Below are positions 1 through 10,823 of a stretch of 64,000 nt of DNA, piece after piece (positions within the stretch are counted from its first letter, which is position 1; the number at the start of each line of letters is the position of its first letter). The translations under genes and the position numbers were made by a program. The DNA lies in assembly GCF_009914755.1 (NCBI RefSeq), contig NC_060928.1. The stretch is one strand, 5' to 3'. This DNA comes from the human T2T-CHM13v2.0 reference genome, Homo sapiens. The notes below the pieces were generated by a model that searched no databases, was not told the origin of the DNA, and was given only the letters and a program-made list of their open reading frames with translations.

Positions 1-79
1 GTTGTTACTGTCATATAAATGCTGTACTCAATGTAGATGCTCAGAAAAATATGCTTGTTTTGCTACAGGAGAGATTAGT

Positions 80-763
80 CCAGGGACAATAAATATGGAT
101 TAGGGAAGAATGTGTTAACTCAGCAGGCCAGGGTTTCTTCAACCCTGCACATTCAAAGGTAAGGTTTGTTTTTAGGACTAGCTAGCTTCTGAGTTCTGGA
201 AACAGTCTTACCATGAAGAGTGTTTTTGTATATCTGAGGCCTTGGGTTTATGGTGAATGACTGACTTTATATGCCTGAGGCCCTGAGTCATGCTGTATTT
301 ATCTGAACCATGTGGTATCAATTTAACCAGATACGTTTATTCTAAGATATGATTTATGCTGAAAGCCTGCTTTTGTTCTAGAGGGATCATGGAAAGGAAG
401 CTGAATTTGCTGAGTTTTGCCACGTGGGCATTGCAAGCCTATGTGATTAACCACCAATAAAAACCTGGGACATCAAAAAATAAATAAGCTGCTTTAATTG
501 CCAAGAATTCACATGTGGTTGTATGCAGCATTACTGGGAGATTGAAGTGTATCTGCATGTGATTCTACTGTGATGGACACTTGTAAATTTGTGCCTGGAG
601 TCTCCTGGAATTTGCCCTGAGAATCTTTTTCCTTTGTTGATAAGAATCTGCATCCTTTTGTTTTAATAAACGATAAACATGAGTATAATTGCTTCTCTGA
701 GTTCTGAGAGTTTTTTAAATAAACAATCAAAGCTGAAAAGCAATGGAGACCCCCACCAAAACA
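80..763 (+). mobile_element. Old ERVL-class solo LTR, MER68/MER77/MER21 group
   Basis: Motifs 'gtgttaactcagcaggcc...aaccctgcacattc', 'ccaataaaaacctggg', 'catgagtataattgcttctctgagttctg' and a terminal 'gacccccaccaaaaca' resemble recalled MER68/MER21-type LTRs; 5' boundary approximate. Confidence 0.7.
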
Positions 764-769
764 TCTTTA

Positions 770-2125
770 CACATTTCAATTTTGTATTGAAGTAAATTTT
801 ATTTTCTTTTTTATACCTCCCGTATATATTCTATTTTTCTCATTATTATTTATTTATCCCAAATCTTTTATCTGTGATCATTTTCCTTTGTTTGAAATTT
901 GTCTTTTGAGATTTCTTTAGAAGGTGCTTTTGGATGATAAATTTTCTGTTATTCTTTGTCTAAAATGTCATTATTTTGACTCATTTATAAAAGGAGTTTT
1001 TGTGTTTTATAAACCTCTAATGTACAGAAGTGTGTCTAAACTCATTGAGGATATTTTCCAAATTTTTTCCTGCTTTTTATTGCTGTTGATAAGAAATCAG
1101 TGTTGGTATTTTGACATTTAAGTTATGTGTCATTTTGTTGTGGTAGTTCTGAAGATCTTCCCTCTGTTTTATATTCTCCTTCACCTTTCATAAATGTACT
1201 TTATATTTATTTGGTAATAAATTTTGAACATATACTATGCTATAAAGATAATCTAGGCCCTTTGGTTACATCTCGTAAATAAAATCAACAAAATCTGTTT
1301 TGAGATTATATTGTAATATAAGATACCCAAAGTAAATAGGATATGTACCATATGTTTGAAGGTGGTAAATACGATGAGAAAAATAGATCAGGTCAGGAAG
1401 AATGAAGATGATTGAAGGTACAGGTTATGATAAAAACTTAGGTGTGCCGAGGAATGAATTCATCTTATGTATCTTGAGTGTAATGTCTTATTTCTCCTGA
1501 ATCTGAGAATTTGATGTCTTTCATTAGGTATGTCAGTGAATTTCACTAATGAATATCTTAGATTCCAGTTTAATATATGATAGTCATTTTCATTCTGTCT
1601 TTCATATCACTTAATCCTTTCTCTTTATTGTTCATTTTTATACATCTCTTAATAGTCACAGTGAATTTAACTATGTTTTACATTATGTGGTTATTATCAC
1701 TTTAGCTATCTCTAATATATTATGAATGTGTCAGTTGTGTGTTTACTATTGTTTGAATTAAACTTTTAAATCATTCATTTTAATTCTTACTTAATTCAAA
1801 CTTGTTTGTTATACATTCTTATAATTCCAGTATCTGGAGTCTTTCTTCATGTGATTCTTTTATCTCCCTGTTTTCCTCCTATATTCTTTTCATGCACCAT
1901 CTTTCTCTGTGTGTTTTGTTTTGTTTTACTGTCAATTCCTAACTAATGGAAGTATATTTATGCAAATAATTTTAGGATAGAATTGAAATAGGGTTCCCAA
2001 AAGGATTATATAAATTTGTTTGTACCAAGGACCCAGGGTTATAAACAGAATGAGATAACTTTAAATTTCTGTCTTGAGGATTTTCAAGTTACACAGGTCA
2101 TATTAGTGAGAACCCCAGAAAAGGG
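770..2125 (-). mobile_element. Highly decayed L1ME/HAL1-type fragments with an L2 3' piece (~1205-1450)
   Basis: T-rich antisense L1-like text; 'aaattttgaacatatactatgctataaagataatctagg' resembles the antisense L2 3' end. Confidence 0.45.
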
Positions 2126-2130
2126 CATTC

Positions 2131-2935
2131 TTTTTTTTTTTTATATTTCACTTTACGTCCTGGAATACATGTGCAGAACATACAGATTTGTTACATAGGT
2201 ATACATGTGCCATGGTTGTTTGCTGCACCTATCAACCCGTCATCTAGGTTTTAAGCCCCACATGCAGGTATTTGTCTTAATGCTCTCCCTCCCCTTGCCC
2301 TCCACCCCCAACAGGCCCTGGTGTGTAATGTTCCTCTCCCTGTGTCCATGTGCAGAACCTGCAGTTTTGTTACATAGGTATACATGTGCCATGGTGGTTT
2401 GCTTCACCCTTCAACTCGTCACCTACATTAGGTATTTCTCCTAATGTTATCCTTCCCCTAGGCCCCCACCCCCTACAGCCCCTCCGTGATGATCCCCTCC
2501 CTGTGACCATGTGTTCTCATTGTTCAACTCCCACTTATGAAAACATGTGGTGTTTGGTTTTCTGTTCCTGTGTTAGTCTGCCGAGAATGATGGCTTCCAG
2601 CTTCATCCATGTCCCTGCAAAGGACACAAACCCATCCTTTTTTATGGCTGCATAGTACTCCATGGTGTGTATGTGCCACATTTTCTTTATCCAGTCTATC
2701 ATTGATGGACATTTGGGTTGGTTCCAAGTCTTTGCTATTGTAAATAGTGCTGCAATAAACATACGTGTGCCTGTGTCTTTATAGTAGAATAATTTATAAT
2801 CCTTTGAGTATATACCCAGTAATAAGATTGCTAGCTCAAATGGTATTTCTAGTTCTAGATCCTTGAGGAATCACCATACTGTCTTCCACAATGGTTGAAC
2901 TAATTTACACTCCCACCAATAGTGTAAGAGTGTTC
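2131..2935 (-). mobile_element. 5'-truncated L1PA7/L1PA8-type LINE-1 3' end with a duplicated 3' UTR segment
   Basis: Poly(T) 2131-2142, L1PA 3' UTR text, and ORF 2535..2762 (MFIAALFTIAKTWNQPKCPSMIDWIKKMW...), which is the L1 ORF2p C-terminus. Confidence 0.93.
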
Positions 2936-3228
2936 TCTTACTACACTTCCAATTTGGCTGGACTTTGAGCTTTGTCTGTGGTCCCCCGCTTTTTACAATC
3001 CCAAGAAACATGGCCTCATCCTTATCAGGACCAGAGAATGCTCTCAAGGTAAAATCTTAATTTTCGTAAAATTGTTGTCTTCTTGACTGATCGTTGTGAC
3101 ACTAAAGCAAGATTTTTTTAATGTTTCATCCAACTTTTAAGAATTATTTTAGTGGTAGGACTGAGCCAGGTTTCTAATCCACACTACTGCAGATAAAAAA
3201 ATGACAAAAGGTAACTTTCAAAAATAGA

Positions 3229-3538
3229 GGCCAGGCGTGGTGGCTCATGCCTGTAATCCCAGCACTTTGGGAGGCCAAGGCGGGCAGATCACGCCTTGAT
3301 AGTCTCAGGAAATTGAGACTACCCTGGCTAACACGGTGAAACCCCGCCTCTACTAAAAATACAAAAAAAATTAGCCAGGCGTGGTGTCGGGTGCCTGTAG
3401 TCCCAGCTACTCAGGAGGCTGAGGCAGGAGAATGGTGTGAACCCACGAGGTGGAGCTTGCGGTGAGCCGAGATCACGCCACAGGACTCCAGCCTGGGCAA
3501 CAGAGAGAGACTCCATCTCAAAAAAAAAAAAAAAAAAA
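3229..3538 (+). mobile_element. AluY, full length, with a small insertion in the B-box region
   Basis: Dimeric Alu with AluY-type positions ('gctaacacggtgaaacccc', 'aatggtgtgaaccc', 'gagcttgc') and an A-tail ending at 3538. Confidence 0.95.
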
Positions 3539-5213
3539 GAAATCCATCTTTTTTCATGAAAGATTTATTATACATTCTAAATAAAATGGAGATAGAAAGT
3601 TAGCATTTGAACTTTAAAGTTATTAGCATAAGGAGCAATGAAAACTAAATTTCTCCTGGGAGTTACTCATTTTTCTGGGTTATAAATGAATGCCATATTA
3701 TTTTTTGATGTTTAATGTAAAATATTATTGACTGTAATAATCCAATATGATCTAGGATATTCAGTCTTACACAACATAGGGATGCAGTATAGGTTGACGT
3801 ACATCCAAAATTATAACACACTTTGTTCAAACACAATGCATATTACATTTTCCTGTAGCTCAAATCTGTGTTATCTGTATTATTAAGAGATATAAAGAGA
3901 GGATTCAAAATAATACTGAAGAATTCTCACTAATTTTATGAATCTAGTAGATCAAAATGTTACTCCAACATTAATATTGATTTCATAATACAGACGGTGA
4001 GGCTTATGTAAATCTGTTTCAAAAAATGTATAGCATTCTTTAGCTCTTATGTTGTAAGACATTCAGAATATAATCCAAAATAAAGTTGTAATAAATTATC
4101 GCATTTTAATGAGTATTTTAACATAAAATGTGAGTTTGGGATTATTATAAATCCAAAGACACATAAACTCAGTTTCTAAAAGATATGATTGAGGGGAAAT
4201 CATGATTTATTATATCTTCATTTTATCAAGAAAAGACACAGTTATTATTTATAATAAAAATGATTACAATGCACACATACTCTTTTGTGAGTTGCCACAG
4301 AATTTTCTATTACCAAAACCTGTCAAGTTCAATACATGTCTAGAATATGTATAAATAAAGGTTGATCTGTGATATTAGATATTATCAAATAAAAAATATT
4401 CTTATTGAAAAAAATGTGATTCCTTATGACAACTTCAGGGCATCTTCTATTTGCCCCCTGTTATCAACAGGGGAAATTTTCTTTCCAACATTTCTCACTA
4501 ATCATTTCTGACAAGTAGTTGGCAAGCTTAACTATAAAGGGTCGTCCATAGGGCTCTAGGTCAACCTTACCCTTTGGGAAGAAAGTGCACATGATGTCTA
4601 TGAATAAATGCCCTCCAACAGAGGAAAAGGACAATGCTTTACATAGTGTGTGCATAATCATTTTTCAACATAATTAGCTTATCTATTTGTGACATGATTT
4701 TACTGTCATTGCAGGTGTTTGACATGACCCACATTTTTTCCTTGTGCCAAGAAATACAATGGTTTTGTATTACATTAATACTTCAGATCATCTATAATAT
4801 GAGTGAGGTTTGGTTAAAAAATATATAAAAATAAAAATCTCAGTTCTATTCGAAATACTAATGAAAGTATCTTACCAAAGTAAGACATTAGCAATGCATT
4901 GTCTGTCACTTGATATTTTGTGTGTTTGTTCATTTCAACAAGGGAAAGAGAATTAGAAAATTGGAAGAAAACTATTTAAGTAATTCTTGTAAAATTAATA
5001 TACATATTAAATATCATGAAGGGTAGAAACAGAGTTAACATTTAAAATGTTTATAACTAATGTGTAAATTTAATTGAAAGCCAACTGATTGCTCTGAATT
5101 TTTATGAGGAATAATGGCAATTGTACAGAAAATAACTGACACCGAAAGTATCTACCTTTTCACATTTAAATGCAAGTGACTTTTTGTTCATTCATTCTAA
5201 AATTATGAATTAT

Positions 5214-5555
5214 TATACTTTAGCTTGAATGTTTGTCTCCCCTCTAAAAGCTATTTTGAAACTTAATCCTCAATGCAATAGTATTAAGAAGTCAGGCTTT
5301 TAGGAGTAATTAGGTCATGAGGACTCTGTACTCATAGATGGGATTAGTGCATTACAAAAGGGCTGAAGGGAACTAGCTAATGTAAGGCCACAGCATTCAA
5401 GTTACCATTTTAGAAGCAGAAACTGGGACCTCACTTGGTGCCAAACCTGCCAGAACCATGGTCTTGAACTTTTCAGCCTCCTGGACTGTGAGAAACAAGT
5501 TTCTGTTCTTATCAGTCTCAGCTATTTTGTTACAGAAGCACAAGTGAACTGAGAC
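5214..5555 (+). mobile_element. ERVL-MaLR solo LTR (MSTC/MSTD-like)
   Basis: 'ttgaatgtttgtctcccctctaaaa', 'gggattagtgc', 'cagcctcctggactgtgagaaac', ending 'aactgagac'. Confidence 0.8.
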
Positions 5556-6622
5556 CTGAGATGGGAGTGTTTATGTGCTAGGTATGGAGCTAATTTCTGA
5601 ATAAATAAAGATAAATACATTCTATGACCTCATCGTCTAGTGCCTGTTACAGTGACACAGTTAATATTTTTTCTTGCCTTCCTATTACTCATTTTTGCTC
5701 TCCTCACTAAATATTGAGGAAAACATGAATGCATCATCAGTTTTTCCACTGATACAACTGTTTAAGAAGTACATATGACATTATATTTTTTCTTTCTGTA
5801 TTCTGTAGACTTACCTGTAAAGTCTAAGGCTAACATTGACTTTATGCTAATTAGTACTGTGTTCATTTCGGATGTTTAATATGCCTTGTACAAATATAAA
5901 TAGATAAAACATTAAAGATGCTACTACTCAAAACACACAGGGAATAAAATATTCTATTTGACACATCAACATAGAGTTTACACTGAGGGAAATTTTTATT
6001 CATTAGTTTAAATGGGGCAAAATACAATAAATATTTGGTTATAATAGAGAAAGTTAAGTGGAAAGATGAAATGATAAAGAGCCCAGAGAAAATTGTTCAG
6101 TTTGCATATAAATTGGGAAATTAACCCCTAACCTGCCTAGGTAGAATTTCATAGCCTTAACTAAAATAATTATTTAAACTTACAAGATTTATTAGAAAAA
6201 TATGAATAGAAAAATAAATGCATTGTTGCATTTTATGTAATTTTACTTGAACTTAGTTTATAACATGTACATAGATTAAGTTGATTTAAATATTTTATGT
6301 ACAAAAACTATATTGTTGAAGATTCTAAGAGCTTAAAACTAAAATACAAGATAAACATTTACTTTATAAAAAGAGTAAATAAGATGAAGAATTTGAAAGA
6401 ATTTAAGAATTAATTTCAGTCTCTTTTCCAAAATGTATGTGGTTAGCCTGCAATGCTTTTACAATCTGTTATTTTATGAGTATGAATATTGATTTTATTA
6501 CCTAAACATGTATTATTTTTAAAATATGGCAAAAGAATTAAAGTTCTATAGTTTGACAAAGCCGTAAAGCAGATCAATCCTTTGACAGCTTAATGAATAA
6601 AGCATGCATGTAGTTGACACTA

Positions 6623-6750
6623 ATTCATTTAATAAACATTTGTAGAACATATATGTGTAAGAAATTGTGCTAAGGAGATGAATGGTACATTAAAATAAGA
6701 AGACAAGTTTCCAGATACTAAGGAGTTTATGTAACTGTAAGATACATAAA
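6623..6750 (-). mobile_element. L2 3'-end fragment
   Basis: 'attcatttaataaacatttgtagaacatatatgtgtaagaaattgtgctaagg' follows the antisense L2 tail. Confidence 0.6.
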
Positions 6751-7159
6751 ACCACACAAATGAAAAGGCTAAAATAAATCAGAAAATGAAGGGAAGAAAA
6801 CAAATATCCATATTAAGTATATATAATATCTCAAATATTCTTTAAGATGTCTTAAACAGATTTTAATATTTAATCCTAATGACAGGATAACCTGATTTAT
6901 TACAGATGATATAATTAAGGCTAATACAAATCTGCTGACTTTAAATTTTCAAAGTCTTCCTGAATTATTTGACTGTATAATATTTTGGTAAACATAAATA
7001 AGTGGATACTAATGCATTGAAACAGAAACAGAGTACTGTTCAAGAAACAGAAAAAAATGAAACAATAGAAAAGATCGAATTTGTAGTATTACTACAATTT
7101 AAGATTTAATAAAGATAAAAATGGAAACCAATATGTAGTTAGGAGGACAGAAAAAAGTA

Positions 7160-7492
7160 CAGTGGAACCTCCATATCCATAGGTTCTGCATGTGTGGATT
7201 CAACCACCCATGGATCAAAAATATTTGGAAAAACATTTATGACAATATGAACACATATGGAATTTTGCCTTGTCATTATCCCCTAAAGAACACAGTATAA
7301 CTATCTACATTGCATTTACATCGTACTTGGTATCATAAGAAATCTAGAGATGATTTAAAGTATGTGACAGTGTGGATGTAGGTGTATAAAATACTATTAT
7401 ACATCATTTTATAGAAGGGTCTTGAGCATCTGTAGATTTTTGTGTCTGAGGGTTCCTAGAACCAGTACCCCACAAATACAGAGGAACAACTA
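7160..7492. mobile_element. MER2 DNA transposon (TcMar-Tigger family)
   Basis: Degenerate terminal inverted repeats 'cagtggaacctccatatcc' and 'aatacagaggaacaacta', flanked by TA at 7158-7159 and 7493-7494; internal 'aatctagagatgatttaaagtat'. Confidence 0.9.
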
Positions 7493-7839
7493 TAATGAGT
7501 TCCTAGTAAACTAGGCTGAAGTATTATAACTGTACACAAAAGAATTTAAGGCAGAATGATTAAATAATATATAGCAGTATGTATAAGAAGTGAAGATAAT
7601 TGAAAATTAAATTGATAGGAAAGACATGAAAAATATAATGAAATTAATGGAAAAATTAAAACTTTAGCAAGATGTACAAGCAAGGACTGGGTAGATTTCA
7701 CCTGAAAGATATAATTTGTAATGACAAAGTACTTTGATAGTCTAGCCTAATATTTTATTGTATCTTAAAACTTCCCTCTGGCTCATTCTGGTCTGATCAC
7801 ACCAGCTTTCTTATGGCTTCTTTTATCTGCCAAGAATTA

Positions 7840-8083
7840 TGCTCTGGTCTAATTGACCTCCCCAAATTTGTATACTAAAATTCTCACCACCAAGGTGATA
7901 ATATTAAAAAATGGGCCATTTGATAGGTGACTGGATCATGGAAGTGGAGCCCTTATGAAAGGTGCCACAGGGAGACCCCTCCCTCTTCCACCATGTGAGG
8001 TTAGACTGAGAAATACATCTCTGTGGTTTATAAGCTGCTCAGTCTATGGCATTTTGTTATAGCAGCCCATGCTAATGAATACA
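7840..8083 (+). mobile_element. MLT1A-type MaLR LTR with internal deletion
   Basis: 'ggagcccttatgaa', 'ttccaccatgtgagg' joined to 'gactgagaaatacatctctgtggtttataagc...ttttgttatagcagccc'. Confidence 0.75.
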
Positions 8084-9234
8084 GATGACCGTGTGTCTGC
8101 AGACCTTCCCAGGAAATTATTGAGTCCTTCATTGAATACTAAACTGTGAATACATGAGAGAAAATAACTGAAGCCTGGGGTAAAATGCCAACACAAAGGG
8201 TCTGAAGAACAATTCTCAAAGCTCAGAAAGCTCTGCAAATATTATTGTTGCCACAAACCACAGTAGAAGACAGGGTAATATATGAGCTATTAGGGAGAAT
8301 CTTTGGAAGAATCCTGCTTTTGTGATGGAACTCACTCATTCCTAAACCTAAAGCAACTCTATATCTTCTCTAAGAAAATTTTATAGCAATCTCTAAAAGC
8401 ATCAAACTGATTCCAAATAATTTAACTATGTTTGAGAACAAAATACAAATATACAAAAGGAATTCAACAAAATCCATCACAACACAATATAGAATTCACA
8501 ATATCTGGTTTCGATGAACATAATAATTAGTGTTGAAACATGTTAATTCAGGTGTTAAAAATATGCTTTATTTTTTCAAATAAGATGGGAAAATATGTAT
8601 ATTATGAGAAAATAAAAATGGAAGAAATAAAAACAAACAAGCAGACTCCTAAAACAGAAAAAATAAGTATACTAGATTAAAAATGTATGAATAAATTTAA
8701 CAGCACTTTAACCATTGTAGAAAAAATACCAGTGATTTTGATAACATAACAATATAAGCTATCCAAAACAGAAAACATAGACACATTTGAAAATACAACC
8801 ACACTGTGTTGGACAATATCAAGCAGCATAATACAAGAAGAGATGGAGTCCCAGAAGAAGACTGAGTGGATGTACGTGTGTATGTGGCAGGGAAGAACAA
8901 AACCAAAAATTCGAAGAAATGATTGCCAAAATGTTATTAGAATCACAAATAAAGACAAAACGGCAAGGTAAACTATTGTCTAATTTCTGAAAGTCAGTGA
9001 TAAAGAGAAAAATCTTAAAAGGCATCAGAGATGAAAAAATAATCCACATCAAAAGAAACACACACACACACAAATACGGGCAATTTTCTTCAGAAACTAT
9101 GAAAGCTTGGAGACAATGGAGCAATCATAAATAACTAAATAAGAAAAAACAGCTTAATCTACATTTTTATAACAAGTAGAAAATTTTAAGCACTAAAGTA
9201 AAATAGGGCTCGTTTATTTTTAGAAAATTAAAAA

Positions 9235-9419
9235 TAGGTTTGGAACTAGGGTAAAGTAAATGACACAACTAGGTCCCAAAACCTAAAGAGCTACTCACTT
9301 TCAGGGTTATATATTTGAGATTGAGAGTGCAAGACTTGGGCCTTGTGTGACCCGAGAGAGTGCCTCATTAAGTTTTTCACCAGAGGTAATTTGCTCATCT
9401 CAACGTTGTCTCAGCACTG
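9235..9419. mobile_element. MER96-like palindromic MITE (hAT)
   Basis: 'ggaactagggtaaag...ctcactttcagggtt...gacccgagagagtgcctcattaagttttt...cagcactg' is a decayed fold-back element of ~185 bp inside the L1. Confidence 0.65.
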
Positions 9420-9597
9420 AACAAAATCTGAAGAATTTCATTGTTAGCCATCCTCCATTGTCATTTATAAGAAAGATTCCTAAGGCAGAAGTAAAATTTT
9501 ATGAGATGTATATGTGTGTCTGCAGAAAAAAACTGGCAATGTATTATACTGCATATCAAGTGATGTACTATTATTTGAAAGTAGGCTGTGATGAGCT

Positions 9598-9715
9598 AAG
9601 TATTTATATTTTAAAACTTAAAGTAGAAGTATTTATATTTTAAACCTTAAAACAGAAGTATTTATATTTTAAACCTTAAAGCAGAAGTATTTATATTTTA
9701 AACCTTAAAGCAGAA
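9598..9715. repeat. Minisatellite, 4 copies of a 29-bp unit (aagtatttatattttaaaccttaaagcag)
   Basis: Read directly; each copy differs from the unit by at most 2 nt. Confidence 0.95.
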
Positions 9716-10134
9716 CCTAAAAAAGAAGTACATTAGTAAACCAATAGTAGAAATAACAAAAATAATGAAGTACATATTTAATCTACAAAATGTAAAAAAA
9801 GGATAAATAATTGAGCAAGGAGCATATAAGATAAATAGAAAACATAGCAGGAAGGTATATTTAAACCTAAGCTTATTCATAATCACATTACATTACATGT
9901 AAATCATTCATACACATCAATGAAAAATCAGAAATCTAATTCTGTCTACTAAAATTCTACTATAAATGTAAATACATAGATATCTGTGTGTGTAGTATGA
10001 AAAAATATTTATAGAAAACTAGAGTTACTATATTAATGTCAAACTAAATGTATTTCAGAACAAAATATATTACCAGTGATCGAAAATATACTCACTGATT
10101 ATGAAGGGGTCAATTTATTAAGATAACAATATTA

Positions 10135-10280
10135 ACACAAAGAAACTATACATGTTAAGGTGATGAATATCAGAATCCTGATCTGATAATTGTACATCGT
10201 ATGCTTGTATGCTTATGTACCCCATACATATGTGCAAGTATTATGTATCCATAATAATTAAAAATTTTTTAGAAATAAAA
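10135..10280 (+). mobile_element. L1MA 3'-terminal fragment
   Basis: 'aggtgatgaatatc...atgtaccccatacatatgtgcaagtattatgtatccataataattaaaaa'. Confidence 0.7.
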
Positions 10281-10375
10281 AATTAGATAAATGTAATAGT
10301 GCCATGTGTTTACGTTAGAAAAGAAAAAAGAATCTAATCAGTTCCTAAAGCAAATTAAACCCAAACAAAACAGAA

Positions 10376-10823
10376 TGCTGTTGTCTGAATGTTTGTGTCT
10401 CCTAGAATTTCCTATGTAGAAATCCTAACTCCCAAATTTATGGTATTAGGAGATGGGGTCTTTTGGGAGGTGCTTAGATCCTGAAAGTAGAGATCTGGGG
10501 CTCTTTTATAAGGGTACTAAATTAATACTACATTAAGGATAGTAAATGAGTAGTTTTCTTACAAAAGAGACCCCAGAGAGCTACCTTGCACTTTCCATTA
10601 CGTGAGGATGCAGAGAGAAGGAAACATCTATGGACCAGGAAATGGGCCCTCACCAGACATCAAATCTTTGAGTGCCTTGATTTCTGACCTCTCAGCCTCC
10701 AGAACTGTGAGAAGTAAATTTATAAGTTATAAGTTTATATTATTATAAATTATAAAATTTTGTTGTTTATAAGCCACAACAAAAAGGTATTTTTCTATTG
10801 CAGACGAAATGTACTAAGGTACA
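10376..10823 (+). mobile_element. MLT1A0-type MaLR solo LTR
   Basis: TG...CA ends, near-TSD cagaa/aagaa, motifs 'aaaagagaccccagagagc', 'gggccctcaccagaca', 'cagcctccagaactgtgag'. Confidence 0.88.

Noticed and set aside
2535-2762. ORFs with real protein similarity (also 25591..25842 and 42133..42363)
   Set aside because: Fragments of L1 ORF2p within truncated or decayed LINEs, not host genes.
3328-3516. Alu-derived ORFs (also 24749, 34772, 34867, 49150, 49155)
   Set aside because: Standard Alu read-through peptides with no evidence of exonisation in the sequence alone.
9598-9715. Possible CRISPR-like array of 29-bp repeats
   Set aside because: The units are head-to-tail with no unique spacers and no cas genes, in eukaryotic DNA; it is a minisatellite.
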